Source of the DNA: a virus
Taxonomy: Duplodnaviria; Caudoviricetes
DNA length: 32,002 nt
Direction: 5' to 3' (one strand)
Virus record (IMG/VR): IMGVR_UViG_3300005805_000287
Coordinates: 1 to 32,002 of that record
In this document: positions 7,523 through 17,612 of the stretch, piece by piece
Layout of the letters: the number at the start of each line of letters is the position of its first letter
Position numbering within the stretch: position 1 is the stretch's first letter
Program-made: the position numbers and the translations under genes
The notes under the pieces: model-generated
Told to the model about the DNA's origin: nothing
The model's input: the letters and a program-made list of their open reading frames with translations, nothing else
Database searches by the model: none

Positions 7523-9357
7523 TGGCGATGCCTTACGGGATTTCAGAAAACCAACCTGATTGTTCGCGTTGGGCTGCGGTTGTGCAGCGTGAAGATGGTT
7601 CATTTGAAACGCTTGCTTGTTATGACACGAAACAGGAAGCGATTGACCGCATGGTTGCGCAATCGTTGGCGGAAGATTTAGAACCTATCGGTGAAGTTGG
7701 AACACGGGAACTTCCCGACAATTACCGACCAGCACTTACTGATGATGTGCCAGAAGGTAGGGCGTGCGGGAACTGCGTTTTTTATGATGAAACAAAAGTT
7801 GTTGGTGAAGGTGATGAACTTCGCGCCTACTGCGAAAAGTGGGATGAATATGTGAACGGCGGTTTCTATTGCAATGCTTGGCAACCGAAAGCCGAAATGG
7901 ATGACGATGATGATGAACCAGAAGAAGAAGGTGTTGCTGTTGAAGAAAGACAAATTAGTTTGATTGCCCCCGATTTCATGGCGGCTTCGGCGCGTCGCGG
8001 TTTGCGTTTGCATGAAGAAGGTTTTTCTGGTGATGGTCTAGTTCCTGCAACTGTTGCAGATGCGCGACGGATGGCGAACGGTCAAGCATTATCAGAAGCC
8101 AAGTGGCGGAAAATACCTGCGTGGATTGCCAGACACATCGGGGATTTGGATGCTGTGCAAGGTGACGAAATCACCGCTGGTTTGGTTGCAATGTTGTTGT
8201 GGGGTGGTGGCGCATCCAAGACTTCTGCACGCAGAACACAGGCTTACGCGCAACGCATCGTGGACACTTTGAATGCGGAAGAAGAAGAACGCGCTGATGC
8301 ACCAGCACCACCGAAAGACCAAATCACAGGTTCAGAAACAAACCCTGCTGGTTCTGCCGCAGACAAAACGGGTGACATCACACTTTCGGATGCAGTTGAA
8401 ACCAGCCTTCAAAAGAAGGCAGATGACCACAACAAACGAATGAACGAAGAAGATAAACCCGTGTGGACAAAGGTGCGGGTTGGGGCTTTGCGTTCGGTAT
8501 GGCGTAGGGGGGCTGGCGCATTTTCAACATCGCACCGACCCAACATGACACGCCAACAATGGGCAATGGCTCGCGTGAATGCGTTTCTATATCTTGCGGA
8601 AAAAGGCAAACCAGAAAATTCAAAGTATGTAACCGACAACGACTTGCTTCACCCCGAACATCCAAAGTATTCCGAAGCCGATAGAAATGCAATCCGCAAA
8701 GATGTAATCTGTTCAACATCTATGGCTGAACTACGCGAAGCAATTGCTGACCCAACCGAAGTTCGTTGGTGTGTGAAGAAGGCTGACGAAAAACGGTTTG
8801 TTGCTTTCACCAATTTGGAAGCACGCCAAGACGGTGAAGGAAACAAGTTGATTGGCTATGCATCAGTATTTGATAGCCCTTCTGAACCGATGCCCTTCGT
8901 TGAATATGTGCGCAGGGGTGCGTTCGCAAAGACGCTGAATGATGGTGCGGATGTTCGGTTGCTCATTGACCATGAAGGCGTGCCGCTTGCCCGCACCAAA
9001 TCTGGAACTTTGATGTTGGAAGAAGATGACAGGGGATTGCGTGTAGAAGCATCACTTGACCCCGCGAACCCCGATGCGGCGCGTGTCATTTCTGCAATGA
9101 AACGCGGTGACATTTCGCAGATGTCCTTTGCTTTCCGAACCATCAAAGACAGTTGGAATAGTGATAGGTCGGTGCGCGAATTGAAGGAAGTGCAACTTTA
9201 CGATGTGTCAGTTGTGACCTTCCCCGCGTATGAAGAAACGGTTGCAGAAATCCGTAGTGGACAAACCGCGCAGGAAGTCGCTACTATCGTGAACATCGCA
9301 TCCGTGCGTTTGCGTTCTGCGCAAATCGCATTGGCGCGTAGGCACAGCCGCGATTGA
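7522..9357 (+). CDS. Multidomain HK97-type prohead protease (long N-terminal extension)
   Basis: C-terminal GYASVFD, FVEYVRRGAF, LLIDH, QMSFAF, LYDVSVVTFPAY (S78 protease); about 430 aa of extra N-terminal domains; start could be 7522 or 7528. Confidence 0.9.
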   Translation: MAMPYGISENQPDCSRWAAVVQREDGSFETLACYDTKQEAIDRMVAQSLAEDLEPIGEVGTRELPDNYRPALTDDVPEGRACGNCVFYDETKVVGEGDELRAYCEKWDEYVNGGFYCNAWQPKAEMDDDDDEPEEEGVAVEERQISLIAPDFMAASARRGLRLHEEGFSGDGLVPATVADARRMANGQALSEAKWRKIPAWIARHIGDLDAVQGDEITAGLVAMLLWGGGASKTSARRTQAYAQRIVDTLNAEEEERADAPAPPKDQITGSETNPAGSAADKTGDITLSDAVETSLQKKADDHNKRMNEEDKPVWTKVRVGALRSVWRRGAGAFSTSHRPNMTRQQWAMARVNAFLYLAEKGKPENSKYVTDNDLLHPEHPKYSEADRNAIRKDVICSTSMAELREAIADPTEVRWCVKKADEKRFVAFTNLEARQDGEGNKLIGYASVFDSPSEPMPFVEYVRRGAFAKTLNDGADVRLLIDHEGVPLARTKSGTLMLEEDDRGLRVEASLDPANPDAARVISAMKRGDISQMSFAFRTIKDSWNSDRSVRELKEVQLYDVSVVTFPAYEETVAEIRSGQTAQEVATIVNIASVRLRSAQIALARRHSRD

Positions 9358-9433
9358 GCCGCGCTACATTCAGCGCACTTTGTTATCGCACTAGGCGACA
9401 ACATCCCAACTATTCCCCAAAGGAAACCATCCC

Positions 9434-10738
9434 ATGAAAGACAAACTGATTGAAAAGCGTGACGCAGTTCTTGCCCGCGCCGAAGCCATTGTTGCTGCTG
9501 CCAAGACGGAAGCACGCGATTTGACCGCTGATGAAGATGCGGAAATTGCCAAGTCGCTTGACGAAGTTCGCGATTTTGATGCACAGATTGAGCGTCACGC
9601 AGAACTTGAAAAGCGTTCAAAGGAAGCCGCTGACCTGCGAGCAAAGAACCAGATTGCAGAAGTCACCAGCAAAGTGACTAGCGAGCCACGCACCTACCGT
9701 TCCAACGGTCAGCATTCATTCATTTCGGATGCATATGCTGCACAATTCAACGGTGACTTCGCAGCCCGCGAGCGTCTCGCCCGCCACATGAACGAAGAAA
9801 AGATTGAACGACGCGATGTGACCAGCGCAAACTTTGCTGGTCTTGTTGTGCCACAATTCTTGACCGACCTTGCAGCACCGTTCGCCCGTGCTGGTCGCCC
9901 ATTCATGGATGCTTCACGCAAGCATCAACTGCCAGATGCAGGCTTGACGCTGAGCATCAGCAAAGTCACCACAGGTTCAGCAACCGCTGTTCAAACCGAA
10001 GGTGCAGCAGTTCAGGAAACCAACATGGATGACACCAAACTTGATGTTTCGGTTGTCACCGTTGCTGGACAACAGAATGTTTCGCGTCAGGCTTTGGAAC
10101 GCGGTACGGGAATTGACAGCCTTGTTATGGCTGACCTTGTTTCCGCTTACCACACGAACCTTGATAGTTTGAATGTGACGACATCAGCAACTTCGCTGAC
10201 GAACACAATCACGCAAGTCGTGACCTACACCGATGCATCGCCAACGGTGGCTGAACTGTATCCGAAACTTTTGGATGCCATTCAGCGTGTGCAAACCAAC
10301 TACTTCCAAACCCCGAACTTTATTCTGATGCACCCGCGTCGTTTGGCGTTCATCTTGGCTGCCGTTGATAGCACGAACCGCCCATTGGCTGTTCCAACAC
10401 CATACGGTTTCAACCCGATTGCAACAGGTAACGGTGCTGCACAGTACGCGCAAAGCGGCTATGCGATTGCAGGAATTCCTGTCATCAGCGACGCGAATGT
10501 AATCACCACGAATGGTGCAGGCTCAAACGAAGATGTCATCATTGTTGGTCACACTTCGGAAAGCCACCTGTGGGAACAGGGCGACGGTTCACCAATGATG
10601 CTTCGCTTTGAAGATGTCAAGTCGGCTGAACTTGAAGTGAAGATGGTTGTGTACGGATATTCCGCATACACTGCCAACCGTTACCCGAACGCATTTGCGC
10701 TGGTCGGTGGAACGGGATTGGTTGCACCAACCTTCTAA
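9434..10738 (+). CDS. Major capsid protein, HK97 fold with N-terminal delta domain
   Basis: Coiled-coil N-terminus (RDLTADE), GLVVPQ, VSRQALE, ILMHPR, GIPVISD; follows protease; AAGGAA RBS. Confidence 0.92.
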   Translation: MKDKLIEKRDAVLARAEAIVAAAKTEARDLTADEDAEIAKSLDEVRDFDAQIERHAELEKRSKEAADLRAKNQIAEVTSKVTSEPRTYRSNGQHSFISDAYAAQFNGDFAARERLARHMNEEKIERRDVTSANFAGLVVPQFLTDLAAPFARAGRPFMDASRKHQLPDAGLTLSISKVTTGSATAVQTEGAAVQETNMDDTKLDVSVVTVAGQQNVSRQALERGTGIDSLVMADLVSAYHTNLDSLNVTTSATSLTNTITQVVTYTDASPTVAELYPKLLDAIQRVQTNYFQTPNFILMHPRRLAFILAAVDSTNRPLAVPTPYGFNPIATGNGAAQYAQSGYAIAGIPVISDANVITTNGAGSNEDVIIVGHTSESHLWEQGDGSPMMLRFEDVKSAELEVKMVVYGYSAYTANRYPNAFALVGGTGLVAPTF

Positions 10739-10750
10739 TTGCGTTTCTGA

Positions 10751-10787
10751 TTTTGGTGGGGGCGGCGAATAACCGCCCCCGCCAGAA
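10751..10787 (+). terminator. 15-bp hairpin after capsid gene
   Basis: TTTTGGTGGGGGCGG / CCGCCCCCGCCAGAA with 7-nt loop; no downstream U-tract. Confidence 0.6.
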
Positions 10788-10802
10788 GTAGGATGATGCG
10801 TT

Positions 10803-11009
10803 ATGAAACAAAACAAATGGGTTGCGGGCTTGCTCGCTGAACGCGAAGCGTATGTGCGTCGTGGTTTGCGTGACAAGGTGCGCATGGTTGATGAAGCACT
10901 TGCCGCTTTGGGTCATCGTGCTGATGATGTGGTGGTGGAAACTGCTGCCGTTGATGTAGATGTTGAGCAAGCGAAAGTGGTTCGTGGGCGTAAGCGGAAG
11001 AAGGCTTAG
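10803..11009 (+). CDS. Hypothetical protein (68 aa)
   Basis: Helical N-terminus, basic tail; between capsid and connector. Confidence 0.7.
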   Translation: MKQNKWVAGLLAEREAYVRRGLRDKVRMVDEALAALGHRADDVVVETAAVDVDVEQAKVVRGRKRKKA

Positions 11010-11011
11010 CG

Positions 11012-11608
11012 ATGGCGATAGCGAATGGTTACTGCACGCTGAATGAAGTGAAAGCCGCGCTTCGCATTAGTGACAACACGGATGACACCCTGCTTGAAAA
11101 ATCCATTGAAGGTGCATCGCGCCGCATTGATGGTTACTGCGGGCGCAGGTTCTATCAGCAGACAGCAACCATTCCGCTTTATGCGGTGGACAGTTACACA
11201 TTGCCAACGCAAGAAGATTTGGTTTCTGTTACGACTTTGAAAACCGATGACAATGGCGATGGCAGTTTTGAAACGACTTGGACAACGGGTGTTGATTATC
11301 AACTTGAACCGCTTGACAGGGGGATTACAGGTCAGCCGATACGCACGGTGACAGCGATAGGTGGCAAAACCTTTCCATTGTTTAGCGTGCCAGCGTTACC
11401 TTCTGCACAGATTGTGGGCGTGTGGGGTTGGTCTGCCATCCCGAATGATGTGCGTGAAGCGTGTGTGCTTCTGGCGATGCGCGGGTTTGCGCGTTACAAC
11501 GCAGCACTTGGCGTTGTCGGTTTTGCTGACATGGCTATTCAGGTGCGTGCAATTGACCCTGATGTGCGCGACTTTCTGAACCCCTACCGCAAGTTCGGGA
11601 TTGCCTGA
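11012..11608 (+). CDS. Head-tail connector/adaptor (gp6/gp15-like)
   Basis: YCTLNEVKAAL, DDTLL, ASRRIDGYCGRRF, GWSAIPNDVREAC. Confidence 0.85.
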   Translation: MAIANGYCTLNEVKAALRISDNTDDTLLEKSIEGASRRIDGYCGRRFYQQTATIPLYAVDSYTLPTQEDLVSVTTLKTDDNGDGSFETTWTTGVDYQLEPLDRGITGQPIRTVTAIGGKTFPLFSVPALPSAQIVGVWGWSAIPNDVREACVLLAMRGFARYNAALGVVGFADMAIQVRAIDPDVRDFLNPYRKFGIA

Positions 11609-12015
11609 TGGCGGCGACACCTTCGGAAGTGATGACAGGTTTGAAGAACCGTTTGGCAACGATTACAGGGTTGCGCACTTTTAGTTATCAGCCTTCTTCG
11701 CTGAACCCGCCTGTCGGGTTTCCTGTTATCAATCGCGTGGAATATCACGGCGCGATGGGCGGCGGTTTGGTCATTTACGATTGCACCGTGTATGTGATTG
11801 TCGGGCGTTATACCGATGACAGGGCTTTTGATTTGGCTGATGATTTCCTTGCTTATTCTGGAACAAAGTCAATTCGTGCAGCGATTGAAGGCGATGAAAC
11901 TTTGGGTGGCAAAACGCAATCTTTGACGGTTGCTAGTGCGGCAAACATTTCTTCGGTGAATGTGGCTGACCAAGATTTTCTTCAAGTCGCTTTACAAGTC
12001 ACGGTGAATGGGTAA
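11608..12015 (+). CDS. Putative tail terminator/completion protein
   Basis: Position, size, SIRAAIEGDETLGG motif. Confidence 0.65.
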   Translation: MAATPSEVMTGLKNRLATITGLRTFSYQPSSLNPPVGFPVINRVEYHGAMGGGLVIYDCTVYVIVGRYTDDRAFDLADDFLAYSGTKSIRAAIEGDETLGGKTQSLTVASAANISSVNVADQDFLQVALQVTVNG

Positions 12016-12025
12016 GATGGTGGGC

Positions 12026-12196
12026 ATGGCACAGTTCAAAGTTGTTTCAAATCGTTTGGTTGGTCACACACAGGGTTCACTTGTGAGCGAAGCAGAACTT
12101 GACGGTGCTAATATTGCCGCGTTGATTGAAGCAGGTCATATTGCTGAAATCGGTAGCAAGCCTTCCAAATCCAAAGATACGAAAGAACAGGAATAA
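12026..12196 (+). CDS. Small hypothetical protein before tail tube
   Basis: MAQFKVVS..NIAALIEAGHI; start could be 12008, 12017 or 12026. Confidence 0.65.
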   Translation: MAQFKVVSNRLVGHTQGSLVSEAELDGANIAALIEAGHIAEIGSKPSKSKDTKEQE

Positions 12197-12198
12197 CT

Positions 12199-12606
12199 AT
12201 GGCAATCATTGCTTTCAAAAATGTTGATTTCACCGTGAATGGTGTGAACCTAAGTGACCGCATGAACGCGGCAACCCTGACATACGAAATTGAACAGCAG
12301 GATGCAACCGTGATGGGCGGCAACCGCGCATTCGTCGGTGGCATTCAGAACAACACTTTGGAAGTGACGCTGTATCAAGATTTTGCAGCAAACGAAGTTG
12401 AAGCCACAATTTTCCCATTGGTGGGAACAACTACCACCGTGACACTTCGCGCAGGCGCACAAGCAACCGCAGCAGATAATCCACTCTATACCATTACGGG
12501 GGCGTTCCTTTCTTCACATACACCGATTGCGGCAAGCGATGTTGGTGCAACTTCACCAATAACGCTGAGTTTCACGGGCGGAACTTTGGTCAAGACGACA
12601 TCTTGA
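12199..12606 (+). CDS. Major tail (tube) protein
   Basis: VNGVNLSD, FVGG, YQDFAA, NPLYT; upstream of chaperone and tape measure. Confidence 0.75.
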   Translation: MAIIAFKNVDFTVNGVNLSDRMNAATLTYEIEQQDATVMGGNRAFVGGIQNNTLEVTLYQDFAANEVEATIFPLVGTTTTVTLRAGAQATAADNPLYTITGAFLSSHTPIAASDVGATSPITLSFTGGTLVKTTS

Positions 12607-12639
12607 TTTATTCGTATTCACAACTAGAAGGGGATTGCA

Positions 12640-12915
12640 ATGCAAATTGATTTGCGTGTTTTGTTTATCAACGGTCAAACCGCTGATGTTGATGCGGTGT
12701 TTGCTGACTTCATTGCGTTTGAAAAGGAACGCAGGCGCAGCGTTGTTCGTCTGGATGCCGATATGCAATTGACAGATTTGGCTTGGTTGGCGTGGCACGC
12801 TGAAAAGCGTTTGGGGAAAACGGCTTTGAAGTTTGAACCCGATTGGGTTTCTACTGTGAAAAGCGTGGAAGTTCGTGCGAATGATGACGGTGCTGCCCCT
12901 TTGGACAGCAAGTAA
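12640..12915 (+). CDS. Tail assembly chaperone (G-like)
   Basis: DFIAFEK, DLAWLAW; slippery heptamer near 3' end. Confidence 0.75.
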   Translation: MQIDLRVLFINGQTADVDAVFADFIAFEKERRRSVVRLDADMQLTDLAWLAWHAEKRLGKTALKFEPDWVSTVKSVEVRANDDGAAPLDSK

Positions 12916-13067
12916 GCGATAGGAATTCTGCGCATTGGCAGATTGCCGCGCTTGCTTGCGAAACAGGAATTGCACCACAGCATTTGATTGATGCTGGTGA
13001 TTTGATGATTGATGCGATGTTTGATTATTTGAAGCATCGTGCAGAAAAGCAAAGACAACGAAAGTAG
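12897..13067 (+). CDS. -1 frameshift extension of tail assembly chaperone (GT-like)
   Basis: C CCT TTG heptamer 12897-12903; -1 frame open to TAG 13065-13067 encoding ..HWQIAALACETGIAPQHL.. Confidence 0.7.
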   Translation, partial: PFGQQVSDRNSAHWQIAALACETGIAPQHLIDAGDLMIDAMFDYLKHRAEKQRQRK

Positions 13068-13082
13068 TACGATGGGCGCACT

Positions 13083-13661
13083 ATGGCTGAAAACTTCAAC
13101 CCATCAAAGCGAAACTTTTTTCAACATGATGTGCGCGTTGATGTTACGGGCTTGAAGGAAACCCTTGCCGAACTGCGCCAATACGACAAGGAACTTTATA
13201 AGAAGGTCGCAGACCAATTGAAGGGCATTGCAACACCTTTGGCAGCGGAAGTTGGGCGTTCATTCCCTATGGTTTCCCCGTTGCAACGCTGGCACATTGA
13301 AGGCGAGCGTCGCGGCAAGTCGCGAATGCCACCGTACAATCCTTCTACTGCGGCGCGTGGTGTGAAGCCAATCGTGTATTCGGGCAATCGCTTCATTGGA
13401 AAGAATGTGGGCATTCTGCGTTTGCAACAAATGGATGCGGGTGGTCAAGTGTTTGATGGTGCTGGTTCGCAATCGCCGCGTGCGGGGATGGTGCAGAACC
13501 TTGACAAGTATCGCGCAACGAAATCGGCTGGTGGCGGTTTCCGTTCGCGTGTCATGTACGGCGCGACGAAGCGCGGGTTGCCGCTGATTGAAGATGCCAT
13601 CAATAAAGCAATTGAAGATTTGAATACGATAGTTGTTGCACGGATTGTAAGCGGGTACTGA
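13083..13661 (+). CDS. Putative tail completion/neck protein (HK97 gp10-like)
   Basis: VDVTGLKETLAELRQ N-terminus; basic; tail module position. Confidence 0.55.
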   Translation: MAENFNPSKRNFFQHDVRVDVTGLKETLAELRQYDKELYKKVADQLKGIATPLAAEVGRSFPMVSPLQRWHIEGERRGKSRMPPYNPSTAARGVKPIVYSGNRFIGKNVGILRLQQMDAGGQVFDGAGSQSPRAGMVQNLDKYRATKSAGGGFRSRVMYGATKRGLPLIEDAINKAIEDLNTIVVARIVSGY

Positions 13662-13662
13662 T

Positions 13663-16344
13663 ATGGCATTAGGCATCAACATCGTTTCGGGCTTTGATGG
13701 TCGTGGTCTTGAAAAGGCTGTCAAAGAATTTGCGAAATTAGAAACGACAGGACAGCGGGCGCAGTTCGCTATTCAGAAGGCGGCTTTGCCTGCGGCTGCG
13801 GCGTTGGCTGGTTTGGGTTTTGCTGCTGTCAAAGCAACGCAGGCGGCGATGCAAGAAACGCAAGAAATGGCGGTGCTTGCATCAACGCTTCGCCAAGTAA
13901 CAGGTGCATCACAGACCACGATTGATGCGAATGAAAATTTCCTTGCGTCAATGCAGAAGGCAACGATTTACAGCGACAGCGAGATGCGCCCCGCGTTGGC
14001 TTCGCTTGTTCAGGGAAGCGGTGACTTGGCACGCTCGCAACAGGATTTGCAACTTGCTATGGATATCGCTACTGCGACAGGCTTGCCGCTTGTTCAGGTA
14101 TCTGATGCGTTGAGCAAAAGTTACAACGGCAACTTCAAATCTTTGAAGGCGTTGTCACCTGCGTTGAATGACAACATCAAGGAAGGTCAATCGCTTGATG
14201 CAATCTTTCGCGAACTGAATGCAACCTTTGGTGGTGCTACTGCTGCGGCTACGGATACGGCAGCAGGAAAGATGAAGCAATTGCAAAATCAGGTTTCCGA
14301 TTTGCAAGAAAGTATCGGAATGGCTTTGCTTCCGATTGTGGAAAAAATAGTTCCAATCTTTTCATCTATGGCTTCCGCAATTAGCGAAAACCAAACCACC
14401 TTCCTTGTGGTTGTTGGTGCAATTGCTGCGTTTAGTGCAGCAATCATTGCAGCGTCGGCAGTCATCAAAGTTCACACCACCTATCAAAAGTTGATGGGGA
14501 TTGAAGTTGTGAAGAACAGCGCAATATTCAAAGGTGCAACTGCTGCGGCGATTGGATTTGGTGGGGCATTGGGAACGCTGATGGTGGCACAGGCACTTGC
14601 GCCCGTCATCAACAATTTGACGGGTGCGACGGGTCGCGCCAATGATGCGTTCAAGAAAACTGCTGCATCTGTTGATGACTTTGCGAAGAATGCTGGAAGT
14701 TCTGAACAGGTGTTGCGCGATTTCATCAATACGGTTCAAAAGGATTTGCAGAAGTTTGACCCATTGGGAACGATTGGGGATGTTGCAACCTTTGAAGGTT
14801 TTGGTCGCGAATTCAAATTGCTTGCCGATGGTGTGAAACTTGATATTGAAGCAATGGATGAAACCTTCAAACGGTTTGCGAATGAAAGCCCCGAAGTAGC
14901 AGGTCAAATTGTCAATGCGATGAAGGCACAGTTGGCTATCACCGACCCGACAAGCCGCGCCTATAAAGATTTGCAGGCTGCGATTGCGCGCTATGAAGGG
15001 CAGGTGCGAACGGCAACGGCAGCACAAAATGCTTTGACGGGTGCTATCAACAACAGCCCTAGCGTAATTCCTTTGACGGGCGCAATGGCGAAACTTGCTG
15101 GTCAAACATCACGCGAATTCTTTGCACGACAACAATCAGCGAACGCTTTGCAGGATTGGAACGCAAAAGCAACAGCCGCTTTTGAAGCAACAAAATCTGG
15201 TGCGGCAAAGATACAAACAGCGAAAGAAAAGTTGGAAGAATTCACAAGTGCATTGCGTGGAAATTTTGATGCGCAACGGTCATTGACCAGCGCACAACGA
15301 AACACGATTTCCGCAAACAACAATTTGAAACAGGCTGTTGAAAGCACAGCGAAAGCACAAGCATATTTCAACAATGTGACCAAAGGTTTCCCGCGTGATA
15401 GCAGGGAAGCGACACAGGCAACGGATGCCTATGCGCAGGCACAGAAGCGTTTGCGTGATGCGAACATTCGTTTGCGCGAAGCAACAGAAAATCAAACCAA
15501 TGCTGAAAAAGAACTAATCCGTTTGCGTCAAATCACCGCAAATGCAGAAGATGTTGCTGATGCCGAACGGGATTTGGAACGGTCAAAGTATGGTGTTGAA
15601 GAAGCAAACTTTGCGGTGACGGATGCCGAAGCGAAATTGGCGGAACTTCGTGCCGACCCGAAAGCATCTGCAATTGATATTCGTCGCGCCGAAATTGATT
15701 TAGCAGAAGCCAAATTAGCGGTCACAGATAGTGTTCGCCGCGTTCAGGAAGCAGAAACGGAACTTGCCAATCAGGTCAATCGGAAGGCAACTGCGGAAGA
15801 AATTGCCGATGCTGAACGCGATTTGCAGAAAGCCAAGATGCAGGTTGTTGATGCGACGGAAGAAGTTGAAGATGCGACCAAGAATGAAATTGTTGCGCAG
15901 GCAATTTTGAACCAAGTGTTGAACGGCGCGAAGGAAGGAACTGATGAATACCGTGAAGCGTTGGAAGATTTGACGAAGGCTAAGGAAACCGAAGAAGATG
16001 CGCGGCGTGGTGTCGCGGAAGCGATTTTGGCAGAAGCACAGGCAACACTTTCTTTGGCGAAAGCGGTTGAAGAATACAATGCGGTTCAAAAGAAAACCCC
16101 TGCTGGAATTGTTCGGCGTGGTCAGGAACAACTTGCAGGTATTTCCACAACTAATCCTGCATTGGAAATGTTGAACAATCCCAATCCAAATCAAACCAAT
16201 GTGACCAATATGAATATGACGGTGAACGCTGGAATGGGAACTGATGCTGACCAAGTTGCACGGGAAATCATTGATGTTCTGAAATATTATGAACGCTCAA
16301 ATGGTGTCATTCCGTTGATTACTCAGTTTCAAGTAGCGGTGTAA
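13663..16344 (+). CDS. Tape measure protein (893 aa)
   Basis: Longest ORF, Ala-rich helical, hydrophobic middle segment, coiled-coil C-terminal half. Confidence 0.9.
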   Translation: MALGINIVSGFDGRGLEKAVKEFAKLETTGQRAQFAIQKAALPAAAALAGLGFAAVKATQAAMQETQEMAVLASTLRQVTGASQTTIDANENFLASMQKATIYSDSEMRPALASLVQGSGDLARSQQDLQLAMDIATATGLPLVQVSDALSKSYNGNFKSLKALSPALNDNIKEGQSLDAIFRELNATFGGATAAATDTAAGKMKQLQNQVSDLQESIGMALLPIVEKIVPIFSSMASAISENQTTFLVVVGAIAAFSAAIIAASAVIKVHTTYQKLMGIEVVKNSAIFKGATAAAIGFGGALGTLMVAQALAPVINNLTGATGRANDAFKKTAASVDDFAKNAGSSEQVLRDFINTVQKDLQKFDPLGTIGDVATFEGFGREFKLLADGVKLDIEAMDETFKRFANESPEVAGQIVNAMKAQLAITDPTSRAYKDLQAAIARYEGQVRTATAAQNALTGAINNSPSVIPLTGAMAKLAGQTSREFFARQQSANALQDWNAKATAAFEATKSGAAKIQTAKEKLEEFTSALRGNFDAQRSLTSAQRNTISANNNLKQAVESTAKAQAYFNNVTKGFPRDSREATQATDAYAQAQKRLRDANIRLREATENQTNAEKELIRLRQITANAEDVADAERDLERSKYGVEEANFAVTDAEAKLAELRADPKASAIDIRRAEIDLAEAKLAVTDSVRRVQEAETELANQVNRKATAEEIADAERDLQKAKMQVVDATEEVEDATKNEIVAQAILNQVLNGAKEGTDEYREALEDLTKAKETEEDARRGVAEAILAEAQATLSLAKAVEEYNAVQKKTPAGIVRRGQEQLAGISTTNPALEMLNNPNPNQTNVTNMNMTVNAGMGTDADQVAREIIDVLKYYERSNGVIPLITQFQVAV

Positions 16345-16346
16345 TC

Positions 16347-17612
16347 ATGGCGACAGTTACGGCTTGGGGCGAGACGCTCACCGTATTGATGGAAATTGGC
16401 TTTCCTGTTGATGTGTTCACTTTGAATAGTGCAACTGATGGTGTGCTTGACAGCGACTTTTTGGATGGAACTTTGTTGGGTGATGATGTTTCCCCGTATG
16501 TTCAGAACATTCGCATCACACGCGGAAGGCAAGACCAACTAGCAAACTTTTCTGCGGGTTCATGTTCCATCACCCTTTTGAATAACGATAGAAGGTTTGA
16601 CCCGACAAATGAAAGTTCCCCCTATTGGGATATTGCGCTTGGTCAATCTGGTGTGACACCGCGAAGAAAGGTGACGGTGATACTTGGAAGTGAAACTGTG
16701 TTCGTTGGTTTGATTACGGATATTGATTTGTCTTACAACACAGGAAAATCAACCGACATTTCAACGGTGACAATCAACGCTGCTGATGACTTCGTGCTAT
16801 TGGCAAACACGGCTACGACCCAAGACCGAACCCCGACACAAGAACTTTCGGGTGCGCGTTTGAACTACTTGCTGCAACTTCCAGAAATTGCCTATACGGG
16901 CGCAACCGATATTGATGCAGGTACAGCAACATTGGGCGCATACCAACTTGACGCGAACACAAATGCGTTGCAGTATGCGCAAGCGATAGCCGAAAGTGAA
17001 CAAGGCTACTTCTTCGTTTCCCGTGACGGGAAACTAACTTTCACAGACCGCGTGACCAAAGCATTCACAACAGCAACGGCAGCCTTTTCGGATGATGGTG
17101 GAACGGATATCAAATACCAAACACTTTCAATCTTGTACGGGCAAGAATTCCTATACAACAAGGTTCTTGCTACCCGTGAAGGTGGCACACCACAGGTTGC
17201 AGATGATGCAGGAAGTCAAGCGGAATACGGCATTAGCACTTTGAACTTGTCTGGTTTGTTGTTGGCGGATGATGGTGCGGCGCAAGATTTGGCTGATGAA
17301 CTTTTGGATTTGTATGCTGAACCCGCATACAGGTTTGAAGCGATGTCGCTGCTGGTTTCTTCTTTCGGGTCGGGAACACGGGTGGCTTGTAATCAGTTAG
17401 AACTTGGGGATACGGTCACGGTGGAACGCAACTATCAGACAGGTTCACCCGCGCAGGTAATCAAATTTCAAACCATTGAACGCTTGAACAGGGTCATCAC
17501 CCCGAATGTTCACAGGCTGGAAATCGCCATGTCTGATGCATACATTATCTATCCGCTGCTATTGGATGACCCAATTTTTGGTTTGATGGATGCTGATAAT
17601 GCGCTTAGTTAG
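16347..17612 (+). CDS. Minor tail/baseplate hub protein
   Basis: Follows TMP; ITRGR, LNNDRRFDP, SEQGYFFVSRDGKLTF, LELGD. Confidence 0.75.
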   Translation: MATVTAWGETLTVLMEIGFPVDVFTLNSATDGVLDSDFLDGTLLGDDVSPYVQNIRITRGRQDQLANFSAGSCSITLLNNDRRFDPTNESSPYWDIALGQSGVTPRRKVTVILGSETVFVGLITDIDLSYNTGKSTDISTVTINAADDFVLLANTATTQDRTPTQELSGARLNYLLQLPEIAYTGATDIDAGTATLGAYQLDANTNALQYAQAIAESEQGYFFVSRDGKLTFTDRVTKAFTTATAAFSDDGGTDIKYQTLSILYGQEFLYNKVLATREGGTPQVADDAGSQAEYGISTLNLSGLLLADDGAAQDLADELLDLYAEPAYRFEAMSLLVSSFGSGTRVACNQLELGDTVTVERNYQTGSPAQVIKFQTIERLNRVITPNVHRLEIAMSDAYIIYPLLLDDPIFGLMDADNALS

